Shown: positions 1-11,459 of the stretch, piece after piece
Numbering within the stretch: the stretch's first letter is position 1
Layout of the letters: each line of letters opens with the position of its first letter
Origin: Lingula anatina
Taxonomy: Eukaryota; Animalia; Brachiopoda
NCBI GenBank assembly: GCA_051362555.1
Contig: CM120642.1
Location: 20,026,001 to 20,090,000, forward strand
DNA length: 64,000 nucleotides
Direction: 5' to 3'
Notes under the pieces: generated by a model
Database searches by the model: none
Seen by the model: only the letters and a program-made list of their open reading frames with translations
Told to the model about the DNA's origin: nothing
Position numbers and translations under genes: made by a program

Positions 1-782
1 TTGTTTACACACAACTGAAAATAAATCGCAGTACAATTAAATAAATACTGACACAGTGGCTAATTGGTATGAAGTATTGTAATCATCCTGCTCCTAAGGC
101 AATGGAAAAGGGTGTCATTAGGTGCAAAAAATATAAATCTGATTCATGCACCTTAAACTGTCAATTCTTCCACTCAGTGTTAGTAATTAAGCATAGAAGT
201 ATATCACAGTACTGTGGGGAAATTATGTATAATTCCTAGTACATGTATATTACCATATTAGGCTCAGTTTGCTGCATGCAACAGAAGTATGTACCATTCT
301 TTATTCAATTAATAAATGCATGCAATTTTTTCTAAAATAACTTGAAATTTTGAAATATACAATTAGTGTTGTTTCTTGTAACTATAAGCAGTAGTTACTT
401 GTTGTTTAATTGTATTATACCACTAGGAAATCCAACAAGTGGCACCTTGTTGAAGAAAACTGCTTGTCACATGAATTCCAGCCACCCTGACTTCTAGGGA
501 CTACTGGATACACCTACAGTGTCAGTATAACTCTGCTGTCTCCAGTGATTATAGAGACTAGTATTAAGTTAAGCTCTGAAACTCAGGGCGATACCCAGGT
601 ACAGAAACTGTATTAACTACCAGAACATTCAAACAATATTGGTCAGGTCCACCTTAATCAATTTGTATGGCAAATGGAAGGTTTACAATGTGGGTAAAGA
701 AAAAAATCTCTGCAAAAGTGAGTCACTGCCAAAAACCTGAGTAAGACGTTAAAACAACTTCACAACACATGTAAACACATAC

Positions 783-893
783 CTTGCCAAATCACTTGAC
801 AGTTTTATGGAGGAATCCTCTGGCAAGACATCATAAATGTCGATGTTTTCTAACTTCCTTTCATAGCCGATTTGAAACAGCTTCTGTGTCCAG
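783..893 (-). CDS. ABCC4: Internal coding exon (lasso region) of an ABCC4/MRP4-like ABC transporter; the gene continues off the left edge
   Basis: Minus strand reads ttttcag|C TGG ACA CAG ... TTG GCA AG|gtatgt, 111 bp, phase 2/2. It encodes WTQKLFQIGYERKLENIDIYDVLPEDSSIKLSSDLA, which matches the recalled ABCC4 exon-2 motif [28 protein letters not shown]. Family assignment is by motif recognition; orthology was not tested. Confidence 0.85.
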
Positions 894-1617
894 CTGAAAA
901 AATGATTAATTAACAGGGTATTAGCACACAGCATGATGTCATGTGTTAACCCCACCCTTCAAAATAAAAAGGTTCTTTGTGGATTAAAAGCCAATTTAAA
1001 AGTTGACAAACCTCTTTAAGAATGTTATCTTGAGTTATCTGAAGATATAAATTTAAATTGAAAGACAAATTAATTATTTCCCCTTATAGTAAGTCCTTTT
1101 TTTTTGGATGGAATGTACTTAAGTATCTGCAAGCAATCTTTATGTGATAGTTTTTTTTACTTCTTTTACTTGTTATGATAATGGCCAATACCAAATAACA
1201 TTAATTTGAAAAATAATTGCATTCAACCTTTGTAATTTTCTTTCTTCATTTTTGCAGTTAAAGTTAGGAGGTCATCAAAAGAGAAACATAACTCGTTTTA
1301 TATTACACTGAAATGTTTTATCCAGTGAATTAGAATCATTCCAGTGAAAGAGATGATAAAAATGAATGTGAGCTGCAATTTAAGATTTCAGATCTTGAAC
1401 ATCCCCATGAAATTAAATTCATGAATGTTAAAACACATTGATCCAGATGCTTCTGATAGGCTCAAATAGTGAGGACATTACTTTCAAATGTCTGAAAGGT
1501 AAAAATGATTAACTTTTTAAAACCCACATTTATAGAATGCTACATGTATGGTATAAAACAGCTTTATATATATAAACTGTATTTCTTTTAAATAAAGACG
1601 GTGAGCAATGTACTTAC

Positions 1618-2034
1618 ACAAGTTTCACCATGCTTCTTAATCCTTGGGCATAAATGTTTTCAACCGCTTGAACACCCAATCCCTTGAACTTTTCTCCTTC
1701 TAAAGCACAATATTAAGGAAGCCAGCTGCTACGACACGTCAAAAGTATAAAGAACACCTTTGGACAAGAAGAATAAAGAGTCGTTGGATGCTCTATTTTT
1801 TTTTAATGCCAAATCACAGATGTTGTTATGTCCCAGATGGTACGATATCACTGCCTGATAAATCCGTCATCTTGATCGAAATATAGTCTGGCAAAAAACC
1901 AGAAACTGTGACTTCATGTATTGTCAGTACTGCTACTGCTGCATTCTAAAAATATTATGGTAAATGTTTTTTCTGTTGTCACTAGTAGGACTTCAGGCAC
2001 CAGAAAATGATTGCCAATACTCAGTTGACTTTAC
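1618..2034 (-). other. Candidate upstream exon of the ABCC gene, mostly 5'UTR, ending ATG GTG AAA CTT GT| (MVKLV, in frame with exon 783-893)
   Basis: Acceptor tttttctgttgcag at 2035-2036 and donor GTAAGT at 1612-1617. ATG at 1631-1629 gives a phase-2 junction compatible with the next exon, with an in-frame TAA upstream of it. Confidence 0.5.
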
Positions 2035-2839
2035 CTGCAACAGAAAAATAATAGAATTAAGTTTCTTAAAAAAAGAATTCTGTAAGGAACTATATAAATG
2101 CCTTGGGCATAAGCAAAAGCTTGCAATTTCTTAAACACATGTACCAGTACATATAATATCTTTCTTTGTCAAACTAAATCACCAAAAACACTGAACAAAT
2201 CCCACCTGTCCAATACTGAATTACTCACAATGTTGAGTCACACATGCCTGCTGTTCATTACATAACTCATGCGTATACCTTCTCTGGTATTTCTTTCTCA
2301 CTGTTAAGAGGTTTTTACTTTCACATCCCATTTTCTCCAGAAATTCCTATTATAAACTAATCAAAAAGTCTATGAGAACTGAATCTAACCATTATAAATT
2401 AATCTGCAATTAGTGCTCCACCCCTTGGGTGATCTTCTTCATCTGCCCTGTTATTTTGAGAGGTTCATTATATATTTAGGATTATATTGTTTAAATTGAA
2501 ATTCACACATAAATATAGAAGGGGAGCATTTTAATGGTCAATAAATTTTGATGGTCTGGTACCTCAAATGAAAAATCCTGAATTTAAATGTTCTTCAGTT
2601 AAAATGAAAGGAACCAATGATCCAGTGTTGCAGTAGAAGTACGTAAAAGACTAACTCTACGAAGTGAGAACTCAAACTAAGAAGTGAGAACTCTTCTTTT
2701 AAAACCAACTGATGCTGAGGAATCAGCAGATATGATAGTGGCACACCAGAAAAATATGCAAGGTTTTTCTTTGTCACCAAATAACCAAGAAGACATTAGT
2801 ATAATCTGAAAATTTTCAAGTACTGTTACAGTAACAGGC

Positions 2840-3083
2840 CTACCCAACTTCCAGACTCAGCACATAAGGATCCTGAATTAACTGGTATATCAGACCACAC
2901 TACCCATTTTCAAGGTGTGTGTCAGATGGCATTTTCGAGTATCATACCCCAGAACAAATTTTGTAGGACGACCGCGGGCTCATCCTGTCGGTGTTCTGAC
3001 TGATACTCCGAAATGCGATCTGACACATACCAATATACCGGTTGATTCAGGATCTGTATGTGCTGAGTCTGGTAGTTGGGTAG
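2840..3083. mobile_element. Fold-back MITE with long imperfect inverted arms
   Basis: Left CTACCCAACTTCCAGACTCAGCACATAAGGATCCTGAATTAACTGGTATAT vs reverse complement of right CTACCCAACTACCAGACTCAGCACATACAGATCCTGAATCAACCGGTATAT. Inner arms GTGTGTCAGATGGCATTTTCGAGTATCA / TGATACTCCGAAATGCGATCTGACACAT. Confidence 0.8.
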
Positions 3084-5456
3084 TAAGTCGTGATATTTGT
3101 CACATCTTCAATGTGTCGTGTCAAGAGTATCAACATATGTTCTCACTAAACTGAACTTGATTTGGACTATCAACAAATTCAGGCAACAGGAATTACATGC
3201 AATATTCTCTCTAACCTGTTACACACTAATACTAATATAATAAATAAACATTTTATCCTCTCCATGCTCATTAAATACTGTGAGCAAAACTTGTCTAACT
3301 CAAACAGAGAAAAAAATACAACAGAGGATAAAATCAATGCATCTACTATTTCTGATTAAGGGGCAAATTATTTGTGTCAAAACTAATTCTAAATGAAATC
3401 TTGCTGTTGCTTGAGAAAAGGGCCGGGCAGCTGATATTGTAATGTTGCACAAAAATAATATTTTGATGCCCCAGTAACAGTCTCTTTTTTTAACAACAAT
3501 ATGATAACACCATTTATTTGTTTATTCATTTACTTATTTATTTGCTTGTTCATTCATTTACTGCAGTACATAGTACTCTAACATGTGGACTAATTTTTTC
3601 ACCAATAACCTTTTTTACTTAATTCTGTCTACTAGTAAGTCCTCATTAATCCTTCCTTCATATGCAAGCAAATTCATAACACTGCTTTAATTTCATAAAG
3701 TCTTTTCTTGCACTTACCTGATAACTGATGCTGCCCTATATGTATGTTATATATGTACAGGTGCTCAGGTGTATGTCCAAGGAAATTGAATTATACATCA
3801 ATATGCATGTATGCCATATGCTTTGCCCATGATCTCTTTCACCTGTTTTTACTATCAAAATAATCCAGAAAATGCACCTTTTAAAAACTAATAATATAAT
3901 TACATCTTTTTTTTTTTCAGATAAAACAAATCTGAATATACTACCATGCCCTCGGTATTTCTGAAAGGAAATTAAGCTCTAACAACCTCCAAACTTCTCT
4001 TTGCCAAAGAAGCTTAAGAGAGAAGCCTCTGGGTCACAATTAACTACCCATGAAATTACCTTTCACTCCCTATCCTTAGAATTAACCCTACCATACAGTA
4101 AGTGCCAAATAATATGTGACTGGCGGGGAGAGCTCTGTAATTTGCCAGGTTAATTTCTACTTCTGGTGTGTGTTACATATATCCACACATACCTCAGGTC
4201 CAGCCTAGATGACAATGTATTTTTAATATGTTGAGGTCAAGGCCATCAGGTAGTGTCCTTTTAATGTTCTTTGAATAAATATATATACTATAATTTTTAA
4301 ATTATTGATATCTTTAGGGTTTTCCTCTATTCTTATCTGCCAGATATTGCTAGTGTGCTGTTACTAACACAATATACTACTTACTAGTACCACTACCTAA
4401 CTGTGCCAGATGTTACTCCAACAATGCAGTACTTCAAAAAGTGGGTAAAATTAAGTAATACAGAAACCATGATTTAATATATGCCACTGAACTGTTTTCT
4501 GAACTGTCAACACACATGCACACACACATCTTGCACACACACATACTAGCTACACACAAATACATGCAGATAAACAAACCCACACATGCACACATATATG
4601 TACATATACACAAACACACACACACCTCAAGAATTTACTAAATATAAAAAAAAATTCTGGTACTTAATGCATGTAATTTACATGATGTAGAATAAATAGT
4701 TGAAAACCTCTGCATTTTTTTTTTTTTTTTTTCAAAAAAGTATTTCATTTTACTTTTTCTGAAAGTATATGATTATAGCTACAAGTGGTTACATTGTTGG
4801 GACCTTTTCTGGATGAGTAATGGAACCTAACATTCATCATTAATATTCCTGATTTTCTGAGTGTTATATTTCCTCTGTGTCTGGCATTAGATCATAATTC
4901 CCTGTGTGTGTATAATCATTAAATGCATGATTTACACTAAATTGCCCACCTCTGGATTAGTAGCAATGACTGTGTTTGTGTTATGCAAAAATTGCCTCTC
5001 CATTTACTTTCAATAGTTATGGTTTTGTGGAATCTCAAACTTTGAGATACACTCCAGTTTTAGAAATTCCAAACAAATTGGACTTCAATTTTATTATTCA
5101 ATGTTTTAAAGCATTAATGTATTTAGAACTTCAAGATACAGTCTGATGAATTTTCTGTAATTTCAAGATTACAGTTTTCTCTTGTTTTGAAATAATGTAA
5201 TGCTGGACCGTTATTGTTGTGATCTAGCAGTTTTTAAAAGAAAAAAAAACCTTTTCAATCATAACTTAATTTTTTCACATTAATCTTGAGCTCTTGTAAC
5301 CAACATAAATTTTAAAAAAACTCTCTACATATAAAATACATGCACATAATATCTAGTAAATTTTGTTGTCAAGTTTTGTCAAATCAGTTCACTGTATCAG
5401 TAAAAGTACAAAAGAAATACTGGTTCAGAACTACTAACAGTTACACCAACTAGTAC

Positions 5457-5674
5457 ACTCAGTGAACCTGTTCAGAACCAGTTAAGCAGTTGATTAACTA
5501 GTCCGTGGATCAAATATGGCCCACACTTTACAATGGATTCCCACCTCTCATGCATGCCCTCCCTGCAGGGGCAGAGCAATTAATTATCGGCATACTTTCA
5601 AGTGGCTGGAGACATATTTAATCTGCAGACTAGTTAGTCCACAGATAAACTAGTTCTGAACAGGCCCAGTGAGT
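5457..5674. mobile_element. Palindromic MITE (PIF/Harbinger-like termini), CpG-decayed copy
   Basis: ACTCAGTGAACCTGTTCAGAACCAGTT ... AACTAGTTCTGAACAGGCCCAGTGAGT, with inner arms TAACTAGTCCGTGGATCAAATATG / CATATTTAATCTGCAGACTAGTTAG. Related sequence at 61119-61208. Confidence 0.7.
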
Positions 5675-8600
5675 CCAAGGTAACTGTGACTTTTCCCTCA
5701 GTAGTTCGTTCTCACCTCTTCTACTTCATACTTATACTTACAAAAATTCAGTAAACTCCCAACTACACTTACTTGTATTATATTAAAACAAATGATGATA
5801 GGGTGTATACTTAAACATATATTCATACTATATATACCTAGACACTGAGAGTGATGGCTAACTGTTGCCAAAAAAAAAGATAAAAAATGAGGTGTTACTT
5901 TTGGGAGGAGCTAATGTGTTGAAATACCATATCATTACCTTGGTTTACCACAAAAAAAGATGAAGACATAAGATAGAGCAAGCCAGAAAAAAATTAGTCA
6001 GGTCACCTGCTGATTTGATTTCAGTGGCATCACTATGACAGTGGCTTCAATCCCCCCACACCTGCTCAGGGAATGAACGAATAAATAAACAAATGAATAC
6101 TAGTACATCAAACAATAAAGAAACAGCAGAAAAAAATTCACATGGCAAGGGTAGGTCCTGAGGGACCTTTCTGGATATAAAGTACGGGAAGGGGACTTTC
6201 CGCGTTTCATTTCTTTCTTTTGGTTTTCTTTCCCTTGGCAATTCCCTCCCCCATTCTCTTTGCCTCTCACCCCCCCCCCCCCCCCAACCCCGCAGTCCAA
6301 ATAATCCCAAGATCCCAGGACTAACTCTAGTCATAGTAATATATTTGACATTGTGAAGTAAGGTATACATAGTGGAGAGCATGCTTTCTGTATTAAACTC
6401 CATGTATGTGCACAGTACCTATTTTCACAAATATGAGCAATTTTCGTCTTTAGAATAGATAATAATGATAGGGAATGTCGGTGTCATTTGTAGATTTTGA
6501 AAATAATCATAAGCATACTGACCTTTGATCTACTGATTTTTCTTTTGATTGATGAATTCAATAAATTTATCTTACCCCTGCTTTTCTAGATGAGATTCAT
6601 ACTGTAACATTGAGTGATAAACTATTTATTGTTATTGTACATGCAATGATAAAATGCATGAATCTAAACCAGCATTGAAAACAGATCAGACAAATACTGC
6701 ACCCTTTCTCTGTATGCAATGATCTATTTTTCATTTGCAGAGCTTTTCCATCACATGGGAATGGATTAACTTGATAAAATCAACTCTCACTTTCAAGAAA
6801 GTTGCAAAGGCTACACAAGAGTACCTTTGTTCGTTCTCATCAATGGTGTTAGTTACGGGCGGTGGGATGGAAAATTACACTACAATCCTCCCCCTGATGT
6901 CTGATCATGATAACACAGGTGCCACATATTTGTATAGAATTTTGATTTATTTCCAATTTCTAAAAATAGCTTACCATAGCAACAATTTACTTTTTTTTTC
7001 TTTTTTTAATTCTAATTTTTTTCTGAGACTATGCATTCACTGTCACACATTAAAAATCCATGAAGCATTTTAATTTGTGGGTTTCCTGTATAATTATAAT
7101 AATTTATTTTATAAAAGATGTTAGTCAATAAAAGAAAGTGTCTTCAATAAATTTTAGTTTGACTTTTGCAATAATGATAATTAAGTAAGCTTATAAAATT
7201 ATCCAAAAAAATCTTCACAAATTAAATTTGCCCATCATGAACAGTAACAGGTATTACTGTTACAGTGTAAGAGTTTATAAAATAAATGTCTACCTTTTAA
7301 CTGCTGCACCTTTTTTCACAGTTTGTTGGATAAGGCACCAGACAAGGCAAGAGTCATCTCACCAGTTTCAGATAAATATTTTGACCCTCGGGTTTGAAAA
7401 TCTGACACAGGACGTCCTTGGAGGCTCAGGGTTGTGGCTGTGTGCAAGTTACGGCCCCTTTATCATTCTCACCAACTTTCATGCATGCTAGATCACAAAT
7501 TTGATATAATTTCTGCAGAATCATGAACCAGATTTCTATACACTTTGTTTGATAGGTTTGGTACCCACATGTACTTGTACACCATTTATGAGCCTTGTAT
7601 ATGTCAGCGAGATATTCCAGACAGTGCACCATTTGCCGTACGTTGTACACATGCAAGCATGCACATGTGAGTATAGGTGTACAGTGTATAAGCATGTGTG
7701 TACACATATTTCTGCACGAAGAAAGTGTGACCTTTGGAATTTATTTTAAAAACTTTTTTTCTGGGTAATCAGGGTCTAGGTAAATCAGGCAGCTGCTTCT
7801 CCATATTCTTTTTTAAACTTAATTTCTTCCAGATTCTTAGCAATGTGTCTTTTAATTAAAATTAGACTGGTGTCAAAATTGAAATTTTATTCATTAAATA
7901 TTTTTTAAATTTTATTTATAGCACAACCTCTATTTATGAACCACTGGCTGTGATTAAAAGATTAAAATACCTTCATGGTCTTTTTCTATATTCTAGATAA
8001 AATCATGTGTACCACCCATGACAAAAATTCTGCCTTTAATCTAAGCTATGTGTCAGTCATTCAATTTGTAATAGAATTTTCCTTGTGATTTTCACAAGAG
8101 GCATGTTTCTTATATCTACTGTACTGCAACACTGCAACACCAGTAAGCAGACCCATTTGAGGATTTTCATCGATCACTGTCATTTGCACTTACAATTTGT
8201 ACTTTTTTCACTTTATCTATATAATTCCATGTATTAGAAGCACAATCACGAAAAAAAAATATCACCAGTCAGGGTGTGTCAAAATACTTGTCACAGATCA
8301 TTAAATTACTTAAAGAGACATGGGAACTATAGATCACAGGTTGACACTTACAGACTTAATGATGGTGAATAATCCTTAACCAGCCCCTATTAACACCTTT
8401 GGGGGTCAACCAACTGGTCCTGATGGCCCCTTCTACTATATACCTTCCATAATTGCAACCCACATGTCATATATCAAAATTGGTCCAGGATGAAGATTTC
8501 CTGATCTCTACGGCTCTGTTTGAGCTATTCTGAATATAATTTACAGCAATTTACAACAGAACTGATCAATTGTGTCTATCATATTACAAGATAATGGATT

Positions 8601-9298
8601 CTTTGAGAGAAAATTTCAATATTTACAAAAGGTATATACATACTGTAATGGGTGTAGTTTGAGGGAGAAAGTCAGATGCCTCTCGCAGTGAGCAGTTTAT
8701 ATTTAGCAGAAGCAATTTGAACATTATCAAAAGAAAAAAATCAAAACAAAATGCAACTTATAATACAATGAAAATAAACCACAACCTTAAAATGTCTAAG
8801 ACGGGGGCAAAAGATTGAAGAAATTAATTGAAAATACTGTATTGTTAAAAGAGTGGTCCCAAAACAAAGATCTTAAATATTGAGACAATTTTCACACAGA
8901 ATGCAGCACATTTCTCCAAAGAACATCTCTGTTCATGTAAGCATTAGCATATGTACAAGAAAGTCTACCAAGTACAGATACACCTAATACACGGGCACTA
9001 ACCTCATCACTTAGGAAAACAGATAGGCTGTCAGTGACTTGACCCTGTACAATACAAACCTAACCTGTGCTGGTGTTCCCCCGTGACTCCTGTCTGTTCT
9101 CTGTCTGGTTAGAACACGAAAATATTACTTACCAAGCTTGTTTCTGACACTGCTGAACACACATAATTAGGTACTTTCTCGCTAGGCTCAGAGAGATTGA
9201 AAAAAAATGGCTTCGGCTGTGACTTGATGCAAAGTTTAATGGAATTTAAATTTAAAGTGTCTGGTTTTTACTGGTTTAAACAAGAGAACATGACTTAC

Positions 9299-9327
9299 CA
9301 TTCTGCAACCTTGTCTCCAGTACGCAT
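9299..9327 (-). other. Candidate alternative first coding segment of the ABCC gene (MRTGDKVAE-C)
   Basis: ATG CGT ACT GGA GAC AAG GTT GCA GAA TG|gtaagt: strong donor, phase 2, in frame with exon 783-893. Confidence 0.35.
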
Positions 9328-11376
9328 ATCACCCAGGACACATTCAGACAAGGACAAGATGGGTGCATCCAATGACAGCAATAATGTGGTTTCAATTTTA
9401 ACATTTCACACACAGATGGCATCTAATTCAGCTATACTTTAGTCCTTATCCAGCTTACAAGTCTAAATTTTACAGTGCAATCTTTATAACGATGGCACCA
9501 TATCATATCCAACCGCACAACAAATTCAAGATCGATGAATCTTAGCATATATAGTGTGCTAAGGCCCGTATTTTACCATAGGCACACAGTGCATGTCAAT
9601 GCCAGTTACTGTTTCAGTGTTAAGAAGGTAACTTAAAACTCCCAATTCTCTCAGTGAGTATACAGTTTAATGTCCTCTAGAGTTGTTTACCTCAGTTCAT
9701 TTATCAACACGTGTTCTGCTGATCTGAACATAAACACAACTAAATTGCTCTTTAAACTACATAATATTATGAAGAGCCACCATACATTACTGCACACACA
9801 TGCACTTGCCACAAACATACATGTGCATGCATGCACATACATGCATACACACATATACCACTAGTATCCAATCAATTAGGTTTTTTTTTTTACAAAAAAA
9901 GGTTTAAGACAACAGTGCCTCTTGCCTTAATTCCTGAAATTACAATTCCATCTGTTACACTAACATTGGCATTGCGTATGACAATCTATATGAAGTCACT
10001 ATTATAATGACTCTAAAACATGGAACACTTAATAATCATAAGTTAACTTACCTTGTTTCAATACTAAAACAGTTCTACAGATCGAGTTATTGCACTGGAA
10101 AGTAAGTAAAATTATATTGACCTCATATCACACCTGTGACACAATCCATGTGAATGAAAACCATATGTGCACGTCCCTTATAATTACTTTATCCATTAGT
10201 GCCACAATTAATTATGTATTAATTAGTACTTTTTGTTCGCAACACCCATCGTAACGACCCACCGGGTAAGTCTGCACAATGTGTCAGGCTGATATGATTA
10301 ATTGGACTGGAAAAAGAAACTTTTCATTGTGACTCAATTTTCTAGGTTGAATGTATACTATTGTAATTGGTATCTGGAGAAGAAATGGGTTGCTGTGTAC
10401 ATTACGGTACTAGAAGACTCTCTTTCATTATGCTCAATACATTTACCATTGTGTACTTAACAACATGTCACAATGCGTCAATTAAGAACGTGTGAAATTA
10501 ACTGACTAACAAGCAGTCGAGTATTAATTTCCTCAATGGAGAAAACTTTAATTATAAATTAATGCAAATTATAGTGTATAGAGTATACATGTATTGACTA
10601 AAATTAATTAAGGTATTAATTTGTGTGTGATCTCTGGCTCCAAATCCTACCTCGAGTTTCAGAGTTAACTGGCTATGTGAAATGACTGAAATGCATGCCA
10701 ATTGATGAGGCTGAGTTTCCAGTCATCTTTTAAACTCAGGGTATTAAATGCCGTGTCTAGACTGAGGACCATTTAACACAAACTGGTTTCTTAGAGGTTC
10801 AGCCAGGTTGACATGTAACCCAAAGGTGAGGTGCAGTTACACTTAGTACATATATACTCTTCACCAGGGGCACAGATTATTTCTCTAGATATTTACAAAT
10901 GTTTTAATTTCTGGATATAATTCTGGCTAATTTTGTGCACTTTTTTGTCAAGGGTGTATTATTTTCCTACAGAAATGATGTCATCACCCAACTCCAGTTC
11001 TCTATAATAAGGCCAGGCCAGTATGCATCATTAAAAAGTACATACCTCACAGAGAGACAGCCAAATATCTGAGTTTGCTTCTCCCTTGGTGATATTTAAA
11101 CCAATAAATCATACTTGGCTGCTTTTTTTAGAAATAAATCTCTTTGTTTAAATATTTCTGCAAAACTATATGACATTCTGACAGATATTCGTTTATTGTG
11201 CAAATTAAAATTAAATAAATGCTGAATGCTAAATCAGTCTTTTGGTAACTGGAGCAGGTTAAGTGTTCATGGTAATGGAAAAAAACTAATGAATAATGCA
11301 TAAATCTGATTACATTCTAGACAGTCTGTTATCTCTGAAAAAATCTTTCTTCCATTTGTAAGTTTTCTCAGCAGTT

Positions 11377-11459
11377 TGAACTGAATCAATGAAATTGGTC
11401 CTTGAAAATAATCATTATCACTACCATTTTCAAGGACCAATTCCATTCATTCCAATTCA
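11377..11459. repeat. Hairpin-forming inverted repeat (about 33-bp imperfect stem, 16-nt loop)
   Basis: ATGAAATTGGTCCTTGAAAAT / ATTTTCAAGGACCAATTCCAT (20/21 complementary), extending outward through GAATCA/TCATTC and TGAA/TTCA. Confidence 0.75.
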
